64,000 bases of DNA from Neoechinorhynchus agilis (Eukaryota; Animalia; Acanthocephala), in assembly GCA_051530055.1 (NCBI GenBank), contig CM121341.1:8720784-8784783 (forward strand), written 5' to 3'. Both the position numbers and the translations under genes were made by a program. Shown one piece after another: positions 1 to 11,600 of this stretch; the first letter of the stretch is position 1; each line of letters begins with the position of its first letter. The notes under the pieces are model-generated. The model was not told where the DNA came from. It saw only the letters and a list, made by a program, of their open reading frames with translations, and ran no database searches.

Positions 1-2109
1 GGCGACACAAGTCAAAATTTGTCCATCCCGATATGGATTTTCTCTCGATATGATTAAAATTGGAACAGTTGTACAAGAAACGTTCATATTTTTCTATGCT
101 TTCATTAGTAGACGAGCACCCATAAATTGTAAGCTTCCTTACTGTTCATGGATTTACACATTGTTAACATCCTTTTGTTCACTAAATACTAAAGATTAAA
201 TTTTCTCCCTCTACTGAAACCGACTTCCTCTTAAAATTGTTGTGCTAATATTGCATTTGTTTAAGCCGTTTTGATTTGCTTTCAATCGATCAAAGTTACT
301 TTTGTCGTTCGTATCAAGAAGAAGATCCTTTGGGATGGATATAATCCTGGTTAAAGACTCTTTTATTGAAATATTTCAAAAAAGAACACCCAATCCGCGA
401 AATATTTCAATAAAATGATTTCAACCGGGCGACACAAGTCAAAATTTGTCCATCCCGATATGGATTTTCTCTCGATATGATTAAAATTGGAACAGTTGTA
501 CAAGAAACGTTCATATTTTTCTATGCTTTCATTAGTAGACGAGCACCCATAAATTGTAAGCTTCCTTACTGTTCATGGATTTACACATTGTTAACGTCCT
601 TTTGTTCACTAAATACTAAAGATTAAATTTTCTCCCTCTACTGAAACCGACTTCCTCTTAAAATTGTTGTGCTAATATTGCATTTGTTTAAGCCGTTTTG
701 ATTTGCTTTCAATCGATCAAAGTTACTTTTGTCGTTCGTATCAAGAAGAAGATCCTTTGGGATGGATATAATCCTGGTTAAAGACTCTTTTATTGAAATA
801 TTTCAAAAAAGAACACCCCAATCCGCGAAATATTTCAATAAAATGATTTCTAACCGGGCGACACAAGTCAAAATTTGTCCATCCCGATATGGATTTTCTC
901 TCGATATGATTAAAATTGGAACAGTTGTACAAGAAACGTTCATATTTTTCTATGCTTTCATTAGTAGACGAGCACCCATAAATTGTAAGCTTCCTTACTG
1001 TTCATGGATTTACGCATTGTTAACATCCTTTTGTTCACTAAATACTAAAGATTAAATTTTCTCCCTCTACTGAAACCGACTTCCTCTTAAAATTGTTGTG
1101 CTAATATTGCATTTGTTTAAGCCGTTTTGATTTGCTTTCAATCGATCAAAGTTACTTTTGTCGTCGTATCAAGAAGAAGATCCTTTGGGATGGATATAAT
1201 CCTGGTTAAAGACTCTTTTATTGAAATATTTCAAAAGAACACCCCATCCGCGAAATATTTCAATAAAATGATTTCTAACCGGGCGACACAAGTCAAAATT
1301 TGTCCATCCCGATATGGATTTTCTCTCGATATGATTAAAATTGGAACAGTTGTACAAGAAACGTTCATATTTTTCTATGCTTTCATTAGTAGACGAGCAC
1401 CCATAAATTGTAAGCTTCCTTACTGTTCATGGATTTACGCATTGTTAACATCCTTTTGTTCACTAAATACTAAAGATTAAATTTTCTCCCTCTACTGAAA
1501 CCGACTTCCTCTTAAAATTGTTGTGCTAATATTGCATTTGTTTAAGCCGTTTTGATTTGCTTTCAATCGATCAAAGTTACTTTTGTCGTTCGTATCAAGA
1601 AGAAGATCCTTTGGGATGGATATAATCCTGGTTAAAGACTCTTTTATTGAAATATTTCAAAAAAGAACACCCCAATCCGCGAAATATTTCAATAAAATGA
1701 TTTCTAACCGGGCGACACAATCATTGTCCATCCCGATATGGATTTTCTCTCGATATGATTAAAATTGGAACAGTTGTACAAGAAACGTTCATATTTTTCT
1801 ATGCTTTCATTAGTAGACGAGCACCCATAAATTGTAAGCTTCTTTACTGTTCATGGATTTACGCATTGTTAACATCCTTTTGTTCACTAAATACTAAAGA
1901 TTAAATTTTCTCCCTCTACTGAAACCGACTTCCTCTTAAAATTGTTGTGCTAATATTGCATTTGTTTAAGCCGTTTTGATTTGCTTTCAATCGATGAAAG
2001 TTACTTTTGTCGTTCGTATCAAGAAGAAGATCCTTTGGGATGGATATAATCCTGGTTAAAGACTCTTTTATTGAAATATTTCAAAAAAGAACACCCCAGT
2101 CCGCGAAAT
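1..2109. repeat. Tandem satellite, unit about 425-429 bp, about 5 copies, open at the window start
   Basis: ggcgacacaa recurs at 1, 428, 857, 1282 and 1711. Units are near-identical and each carries a perfect 17-bp inverted repeat ttttattgaaatatttc / gaaatatttcaataaaa. Confidence 0.97.
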
Positions 2110-2464
2110 TCACCACAAGTCAAAAATTTTCAATCATTATCATTTCATTGAGGGTTTCGTGTGCATCCACAAATTTTGTTACGGCACCGTGTTTTTTTTC
2201 TCCGTGATGCTATGAGCATTCTGACTCTTCTCGTGATCACGAACTCACTGAATGCACAAATACATGGCGCAACTCCGTCTTCTCGGTGACGTTTTGTTTT
2301 TGCATTTCTTAGGTGAGAGCCCGGCGTTTTTTCTCCGTTCCATCAAAAAAGTATCCACATCTTCGAGAGAGAGAGAGAAATGTTGATGGAAACGCTTTTG
2401 GTTTTAATAGTTGGTTTCAGAATTCCGCTTATTTTCCCACCAAAAGAAGTTTTAGATATTGAGC

Positions 2465-5400
2465 ATGCTTTGTTGCGGACATTCGGACAAGGGTCAATTA
2501 GGTCTTGGTGCCTCCGAGAAGGAAGTATACACAAATCCCGTTTTGAATACATTCATTCCTGGTCAATGCAAACAAGTGGCGTCAAGCATAAATCATACGT
2601 TGTTCCTACTCGATGATGGATCCGTGTGTTCATGTGGAAGTAACGACTTTGGCCAGCTCGGTCATTCAAAGACCAAAACAAAACCTCAACTAGTGGACGC
2701 CCTTCGTATGGTCGAATGTGTCCAGGTAGGATGTGGACTCTGTTTCTCCGTCTGCCTCAGTGTTGATGGACGCTTGTTTGTCTTTGGAAGTCTTAGTGGT
2801 CAAGTAGACCTAATGCACTATCGGAAACCGAACCTTTTGAATGAAATCGAAGGGCGTGTGCTGCATTTTGGAGTGGGGCACCATCATTTAGTGGCTTTAT
2901 CGGAGTCCGGACTCCTTTATGCAATGGGCGGTAACCAATTTGGCCAGTTAGGAGTGGGTAAACGATTGAATCGATGCGAGAGACCCATTGCACTCAGCTT
3001 CCATGGGGTTCCTATCGCTCATGTTGCATGTGGAGCGTTCCATACTGTAATGGTTAGCAAGAGCGGATATGTGTTCTCGTTTGGAAGTAATCAGTTTGGT
3101 CAATTGGGAATCGGAATAGAGAATAGAGGACAAAGTGTGACTAGTGTCGATGATCCCACTCAGATCGTACAGCTAAATGGACAAAAGTCAAAATTTGCTT
3201 GTTGTGGAGAACGACATACTGTGAAAGCAAAAAATCTGCAGTGTGGCCGGGGGATTGATTAAAAACATTATTAGACGAGAGGTCCGCAGAGTTTTTGCGC
3301 TAATCGTCACGGCTCAAGGTGGTGTCTTTTCGTTTGGATCAGGCACTTACGGGCAATTAGGCCATGGATCCACTAACCACGAGGCTTTGCCTAGAAAGAT
3401 ATTTGAACTTATGGGTTCAATCGTGACTCAAGTAGCTTGTGGACGGTGCCACACTTTGGCCTACACTCCACTTACAGGTCGGGTTTATGCATTTGGTAAT
3501 TGCTCTAGTGGCCAACTGGGCATGGAATGCATGAAGAGAACCCCACGTCCACTTGTATCAATAACAAGTCCTACGGCGATTCCACTCAAGTTCCTTCCAT
3601 TCGGTAACGTGACCAACGGTGAAACAAACGGCTATGTTTTAACGTCTATATTCGCAGGCGGAGATCAAACATTTATTCGGTTCAGCACTCCACAAATGCA
3701 ACGATTACCTCTTGATTATCGCTTTATAATGGATCGAAGATGTATTCGAACGTTGAGTGTAGCATTTGCAAGAGAGTTATGTTCGGTGAGTGGTCTCGAA
3801 CGCAAGTTTGTTTCGTCCGAAATTATAAGAGCAATAGAAATATCATTCAAATTCAGTACTTGCTTAAATGGCTCATTTTTGAGTGAGAATGTCCATATGG
3901 ATGCAAGCACAAGGAGAAGTGGAATCGATCTTCAACAGGTGATTGATTTCTTCGAGAAACTACGAAGTGTAAACGAGTTTATTTCTGGTGTCATCGCTTC
4001 ATATCTGGGTCCCATGCTTTCTTCACAATCAACCAATTGCCCAATTGAAGGTCTTCGGATCTATATTACACTTCCATTTTGTCATCTGTTCGAACGTGAT
4101 GATTATCTCGGTTAAAAATTCGGACTCTCCACACCCACACTTAGACGTCGAGAATCCGTGTTTTACGTCCTTTATCCTTATGCACGGGCACTTAACTCAC
4201 TGGGTCCAGATTCGTCAATGGTAGTCAATAACTGGATCGAGGAAATAGGTGTTCAAATGTTCGACCGAATACTTCATCTCTTTAAACCGCTAGTTCTTCG
4301 AATTCTACAAACAATGCAACAGCAGCAGCAGCCTTCTAATTTGTTTGACTTAAATGGTCCTGCATATATGCTTCAGGCTGTGATGAGAGTCCTCGAGCGT
4401 TTCTCAAATATCAATAGACAAGCAGCGAATGGAGAAATCGTTGAAGGCGATTCCTTCTATATCCCGGAGCTCTCGGATATTATAAACGTTCAAGAGGACT
4501 ATTATATATGGCTGCAGAGTCCAAACAAAAATGCAGATCATTTCACGACGTTTTGTCAGTTTCCGTTTGTGTTCGATGGAGTTGCCAAGTATCAGCTTCT
4601 TCAGGCAGATGCTCGTATTCAACAATATTTTGCTCATGTTACTGCCGTAGGCGCAAATAGGATGCGAGTGATTGAAGGGAATTTTGGTGAGTTTGAGATG
4701 CCTGAATTGCATTTACTTGTGTCGAGGGATAATTTTGTGAACGAAACAATTGAGCAATTAAATATGAGGAGTCCCCAGGAACTAAAAAAGCCGATGAGAG
4801 TATTCTTTTATGGAGAAGAAGGACTAGATGCCGGAGGAGTTAAGAAGGAATTTTTTCTACTATTAATGAAGGAAATATTAGATCCAAAATATGGAATGTT
4901 TCGATTGTTTGAAGAATCCAATTGCATTTGGTTCAATGCAACTTCTTTTGAAGCCCCTGAAATGTATGGGCTTGTTGGAAAAGTTTGCGGTCTTGCTATT
5001 TATAACGATACAATCATCGATCTTAACTTTCCTGCGATCCTGTGACGCACAGATAGTGCCTTGGTGGGGGAAGGGGTTTTAATATTACACTAGTCTCAGT
5101 CTTTTTTGTCCAAATGGATTGAAGTGTAGAAAGTTCATTCATTTTGTTGAGCAGTTCTGGGGGCTTTGTCGATTTGGCCTTTAGAAACTGTAATGATCGA
5201 TCTAAACTATCCCCTTAACAGCTTTTGAGATATTGAAAACGAATTCTCCTCAACTCATTCACGATTTACTCGATTATTACTGTTGAAAAGTCAAAAAAAT
5301 CGTCGCACAGGGTTTTTTGCGTTCCCTAAACAAAAAGCTATCTCCCTTGTATGTGTTTTTGATTTTCCGAGAAGTACGATTGATAATTTTATTGGATTTT

Positions 5401-6282
5401 CTTTGAAAAGAATTTTAAAACTGAGTATCCTTTCTACAAATGTTGTTGCGTATCCTTCGACTCCTGGAGTCGTTTCTTAAATGGCATAGAATAACTTGTA
5501 GATAGCGTCCACCGTATATATTTTTTTGTGTGACAACGCTTTAACTATTAAGGCACTATCTGCAATACAAGAAGTTATTGGGAAACCAGACAGTGAACCT
5601 TAAAGACATGGAAGATCTCTCCCCTCAGATATACCGGAGTTTAAACTTCATTCTTAACTACGAAGAAGATGACTTTGAAACAACTTTTGAACTATACATG
5701 GCCACTGACCAGGATGTCTACGGTGACATCGTGACCCACGAGTTCGTACCGGGCGGTAAGGGCATTCGAGTTAATCGCGAAAACGCCGCCGAGTACGTTG
5801 AGCACTATTTAGACTACTTTTTTAACTCTTCAGTATCTGCCCAGTTCAATGCGTTCAATGAAGCATTCCACAGTGTGGTCAGTGGCCAAGTTCTACAACT
5901 CTTTCAACCTCATGAACTCCAGCAAATGATCGTTGGTAAACGGCACTTTGATTTCGCTCAAATGGAAAACGTATGCATATACAATGGCGAATACTTTGCA
6001 AATCACCAAGTTATTCGCTGGTTCTGGGAAGTCCTGCATTCTTTGTCGAATGAAGATAAACGGAAATTTTTGCTATTTTTAACAGGCAGTGATCGATTAC
6101 CAATGTCAGGGTTAAAGAATTTTAAGATTTTTATTCAACCAACCTATGGAGGAGACGCTTACTTACCTGTCGCTCATACTTGTTTCAATCTATTAGACTT
6201 ACCAAAGTACAGCAGCAAGGAAATTCTTAAAATGAAACTATGTCAAGCGATTGAACATAACAAGGGATTCTCTTTGGTATGA
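2465..6282 (+). CDS. HERC4: Small HERC-family E3 ubiquitin ligase (RCC1 repeats + HECT), HERC4/HERC3-like; 4 exons, approx join(2465..3220, 3300..4112, 4165..5042, 5566..6282)
   Basis: MLCCGHSDKGQLGLG start, RCC1 repeats, PRKIFELMGSIVTQVACGRCHT, HECT motif GEEGLDAGGVKKEFF and C-terminal catalytic HTCFNLLDLPKY...GFSLV. Intron ends are uncertain (see findings). Confidence 0.93.
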
Positions 6283-6560
6283 TTAAAAAAACCTATTCTG
6301 TACGATCTCGGACAAAATGTAAACTAGCGAATTCAATAGCCAACCTATCCTTCGCACTACACAAAATAAATCTTAAAAAGAATATCACAAACTTTACTTG
6401 GCATTCAAAATATCATCGTCGTCACAAAACTCTCTCTCTCGCTCGTGTTCAACAACAAAGGAACACAATTTAAATACCAATCAATGCTCTTCTCAGGTGG
6501 TCTGCTTAATACTGGCGTCCCAAACTTTTGATGTTCTCAAAAAAACAGACTTTAATTTTT

Positions 6561-7030
6561 TCAAAAAGCGAAATTTTGGAATTTTCCACGTAGCCAACAT
6601 TTCCTAAGTCTTTTCTGGTCGCAAATGGTCCAGCGAACAAGCAATTCTCTGTTTTTGAGGCATTCTTTTTTCAGACTCATCTTTCCTCGACGTGTTAGAT
6701 CTGAGTTAGTTAAGTTTTCGTGGATTTTATTCGCAGGGGAAATGAAGTTATTGTTCTGGCGCAGCTTAACTTCCCTCGACCGAATGCGATCCTCTTCAGG
6801 CATCTATAAAAAAAATGCGTTTTAGATTAATTGGTATACTTACATCAAAGGAACTCAGGTATACACCGGGTCGGGAAGCTTTGAAAATGATCTCACACTT
6901 CCTTGAGTGTTGGTTGCTATCTCTTGGAATCATCCTCAAATTCCAAGACTCAACATATAGACATAAAAAGCGAATCCTTGATCATTCCATGTTTGAGGAG
7001 CTGTGATGAAATCTACATCGGTCAACTAGC
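6561..7030 (-). CDS. Unrecognised spliced gene; both ends uncertain
   Basis: A strong GTAAGT..TTATAG intron at 6804..6843 joins open frame ...RIRFLCLYVESWNL...YLSSFD in phase to ORF 6561..6803 (MPEEDRIRSREV...). Upstream continuation needs one added base. No family recognised. Confidence 0.5.
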
Positions 7031-7131
7031 TTAAAAAAAGAGGATGGACCAAAGGTTGCTTAAGAAAGGGAAACACGTCGTCTGAAATTTGTATTTAGTA
7101 CAGAGTCCTCGGATACAGCCATCGTATCTAC

Positions 7132-8251
7132 TGAGATTCGATCAAACTTCTTTTATTACATTTGAAAACTTAAATTTTATAGTATTTTCGATATCGCTCA
7201 AAGGTTCCTTTCAAAAGTATTTAATTGAGATTCGATCAAACTTCTTTTATTACATTTGAAAACTTAAATTTTATAGTATTTCCGATCTCGCTCAAAGGTT
7301 CCTTTCAAAAGTATTTAATTGAGATTCGATCAAACTTCTTTTATTACATTTGAAAACTTAAATTTTATAGTATTTCCGATATCGCTCAAAGGTTCCTTTC
7401 AAAAGTATTTAATTGAGATTCGATCAAACTTCTTTTATTACATTTGAAAACTTAAATTTTATAGTATTTTCGATCTCGCTCAAAGGTTCCTTTCAAAAGT
7501 ATTTATTGAGATTCGATCAAACTTCTTTTATTACATTTGAAAACTTAAATTTTATAGTATTTCCGATCTCGCTCAAAGGTTCCTTTCAAAAGTATTTAAT
7601 TGAGATTCGATCAAACTTCTTTTATTACATTTGAAAACTTAAATTTTATAGTATTTCCGATATCGCTCAAAGGTTCCTTTCAAAAGTATTTAATTGAGAT
7701 TCGATCAAACTTCTTTTATTACATTTGAAAACTTAAATTTTATAGTATTTCCGATCTCGCTCAAAGGTTCCTTTCAAAAGTATTTAATTGAGATTCGATC
7801 AAACTTCTTTTATTACATTTGAAAACTTAAATTTTATAGTATTTCCGATATCGCTCAAAGGTTCCTTTCAAAAGTATTTAATTGAGATTCGATCAAACTT
7901 CTTTTATTACATTTGAAAACTTAAATTTTATAGTATTTCCGATCTCGCTCAAAGGTTCCTTTCAAAAGTATTTATTGAGATTCGATCAAACTTCTTTTAT
8001 TACATTTGAAAACTTAAATTTTATAGTATTTCCGATCTCGCTCAAAGGTTCCTTTCAAAAGTATTTATTGAGATTCGATCAAACTTCTTTTATTACATTT
8101 GAAAACTTAAATTTTATAGTATTTCCGATATCGCTCAAAGGTTCCTTTCAAAAGTATTTAATTGAGATTCGATCAAACTTCTTTTATTACATTTGAAAAC
8201 TTAAATTTTATAGTATTTCCGATCTCGCTAAAAGGTTCCTTTCAAAAGTAT
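7132..8251. repeat. Tandem satellite, 94-bp unit, about 12 copies
   Basis: tgagattcgatcaaacttc recurs at 7132, 7226 and onward; units differ mainly at gatatcgc/gatctcgc. Confidence 0.97.
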
Positions 8252-8657
8252 CTATTCGTTGCCAATAACAAGTCAGATTATCAACCTAAATTGAGATTTG
8301 AGCTTCCTTGATCATTCTACGGAAATATTAAAATTACTTCTCATCACTTTGCTTTGAACAAAAGAATCGGATGAACTCACTTGTTACACTGTATAAAATT
8401 GGTAAATATCGATTCTTGAACTTTCCAATGATAAAGAGTACCATCTTAAAAAAAACTTGATCGATGGTGAAACATGTTTTTAAAGCATTTTTTAATTGAA
8501 GTGTCGAATTAACTCAGATATATGTCGTTCGTGAAGCTAGAGATCTAAAAAAGGGACTTACCGTATCATGCAAGATTGTTTAATGAACGACACATAGGAA
8601 GTTGTAAGAAATAATTATTTATTTACATTCACACATAATTTGAATAAAAAGGTTTTC

Positions 8658-11600
8658 CTATACAGTACTTTGTTGTCGGTATTGTTGATCATCGAGCGAA
8701 TCCATTCCTTCGCATGGATCAACGATGGTCGACTCGATTTGACGGCTATTGCGTCCGAATGCGCATTCCAAAGGGTTTAGTTCTCAAAAGCGAGAAAACT
8801 TTGGGGTAATTGAGTTGGTAAGCTGGCAGGAAACTCACGATGAGCTTCACCGAGATCTACGGCGAAGGGTGGGAGTCCATACCAACAGGAAGCCGTGGAT
8901 TGGGGAACGGTCTAAATAGGTCAGAGATCTTATAACCGAAAAAAAACCGGATATGAATTTACTTTATTAAAACAATAATTTAATACAGCCGGAATTCAAG
9001 CACGCCTTAGCCATAAATGAAAATGATTAATAAATGTTTAACAACTGAAGTCAACGACAATGGTACGGTTAGATGTCGAGCTGGTCCTAGTAATCCGCAT
9101 AGTTAAAAAATATTAAAATATAATTATTAAGTTATTAAAGTCTTAATTTTAACGCTCGAAGGGATTTTCCACTGCATAAGAGTTATAATTAGACGTTGAG
9201 GCACATTTGGGACCTCAGATTTGAACACTAACTATTCCAAAGTAAATGTTCAGTTTAATTATTGAATATTCTTAAAACAATGGCCAACGACGTTTTAAGG
9301 AGCCGATTAAAATATCAATCTACGTATTTGTTGATTTAAAAAATATTAAAGAAGAAAGTCGACACCAGATTGTTAAAAATATTATCAATCTTAGGAGAAT
9401 TGTTGCAATTTTTTTGTAGTAAAATAAAAAACATTAAATGCCCGAATTTGAACTTTTTTTTCACTGACCATCCAATCGATTGTTCCACGCTGTGTTGTAG
9501 AAGTGCCATCTACATCTAACGGTCCGACCGTTCCGTTACTTGAAATGGCTCTTAGATCACTATCTGACTCTTCGTCGCAATTCCTTTGACCATCATTTTT
9601 TCCCTCATGATTGGTTTTGACTTTTATGGTCTTTTTGCTACGTCTCACCATTGAGAGAATAATCACGGCAATTGATAAAATAGACGTAATAATCATTATT
9701 CCAACAATGGCACTCCAAAGAGGATTTAAATAACTAGATTCTAAAATGTGAAGAACTTTAATAGAAATTTTGATCGTTTCGACCAAAAAAAGTACCGTAA
9801 ATAAGTAGCCATACACTTGCGGATGACATTCCATGTTCGTTCAACGCACAGCAATTATAAAGACCGACGTCTGATTCGGTTACAGATTTAATAAACAGAA
9901 TGCTGTACATTTCTTCATCAGTCCAACTTTCTTCAATTTTGTATTTTTCATCTTGAATCGAAGATACGTGATCCACACTGATGAATCGGTTACTTGCGCT
10001 ATTCGTCCAAAATAGTTCCTAATATTCAGCAAGAATAATAGCCAATGATTATTTTCGAGATCTTACATTGAACTTTGGCAAGATCTGCACTGCACATACT
10101 AATCTGGCAGTCGATCCAATATCAACAACATCTTGAGAAATCGGCCTTATCACTGGACTACCTTTTTTTTGGCAAAGTTTTTTAATCCACGAACACATAA
10201 AGTGTATTTACCATCTTTTATAAGTCTCAGAGTCCTTGTAAAAGTTCCAAGTCCACTTATAATAGCCACGCATTGGTATTCTTGCACTTGGCCAACGCTC
10301 GTAATGAGATCTGGTCTTACGAGCAGATTTGATTGACTAACGATTTGATTCCCATGGAGCCATCGAATAAAAGCCCGAGGATTTGAGTCAACGTAACAAC
10401 CAAAAGCCTCAATGACTTCGTTCGGCTTCAGGAGGTGCATTCGAATACCAGCCCATGGTTGCAAGTGGTCTTTGTCCATAAAAAACGATGGACCGTCTGA
10501 TAAAATGAACTAATTCATTAAGGCTAAGTGCAAAAACAAAGGATATACTCACATAATACATTCATTTTAACGGTTGTGTTCTTTGAACCTGCCACGTTTT
10601 GAATCTCACAAGTGAACTCTGCATCCTGAAGATGTCGTTTTACTTTGATGGATATTGTGGAATTGGAGCTAAATATCCGCTGTGTTTCGTTCACTTTCTT
10701 ATACCACCTAAAATTAAGGAAACTATTACAAAATCAAGTATTTTAGACAAAATTCAATTTGTTGGAAGAGTCAAGTCTTAAATGTGATGTTTCCAGGAAT
10801 GTGGACCAACTCGTCGAAAGGATTTTTATTATTAATAACTAGCGAACCAATTGTTTTCTAAGAAAATTAATTAAAAAGTTTCGTTCTAGCGCATCTTACA
10901 ACAAAAAGATAATGACGCTCTGAAGATCTCTCATTGAATTCTCAAATATCGGCAGCACTTACCTAAACTGATAAAATATGGTGAAGAAAATAAGAACTGA
11001 GAAATTCGATTTTATTGTGAATTTTCGGACAGCACTAACACATATTTGAAAAAAAAACTTACAAGCAATAAGGCCGAAAATTCACAATAAAATCGAATTT
11101 CTTAGTTCTTATTTTCTTCACCATATTTTATCAACAATGTTAAATATATATTCGACTTACCTAAACTCCTCCGTTATATCATGACTACCACCAGCCTTAT
11201 TAACACAAGTCAAATTAAGAATCTGTCCTTGAGTTACTGCTAAGGTTAAACCGGATTTTGATGCTGAGGACATAATGTGAACGGATGGAAGAGTTGGAAA
11301 CTGAATTAAAGTAGACACGAGCTTTCTACTAGTTATTCCATGCTTCCCTCCTTCATGAATGACCCAGCAATCAAGGTTTTTCCCTTGCCACAATTTATCT
11401 GCTTTGAACTGGATTGTACTTTCGGTCGACCAATACGTTCGGTTGATTGGGTAGCTACTGTAAGATACATTGAACGAATGCCGTTTAATGAACCTCTCGG
11501 GATCCCATTTAATTCTAGAAGCTGGGAAGGAATATTCCGCAAGGCAAGTAACGGATGTCAATTCGTTCTCGTGAATTTGTAAAGGTTTGTGGATCGATAT

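Noticed and set aside
48-93. Resemblance to U6 snRNA ends (atatgattaaaattggaac ... gaaacgttcatattttt) in each 427-bp unit
   Set aside because: The ACAGAGA box, AGC triad and internal stem-loop are absent, and only 10 nt separate the two short AT-rich matches. Chance is likely; an Infernal search against RF00026 would settle it.
729-2207. ORFs within the 427-bp satellite, and likewise 7413..8196, 26314..27455 and 57892..58122
   Set aside because: They are by-products of repeat periodicity, are broken by indels between units, and show no recognisable domains.
3221-5565. U12-type (minor spliceosome) explanation of the HERC4 introns
   Set aside because: None has the RTATCCTT 5' consensus or a TCCTTAAC branch site.
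3221-5565. Programmed DNA excision (IES-like) or gene-killing MITE insertions as the main explanation
   Set aside because: Only intron 2 has TA direct repeats; introns 1 and 3 have no TSD. A GT is available at all three 5' ends and the coding sequence is otherwise intact, so splicing is more parsimonious.
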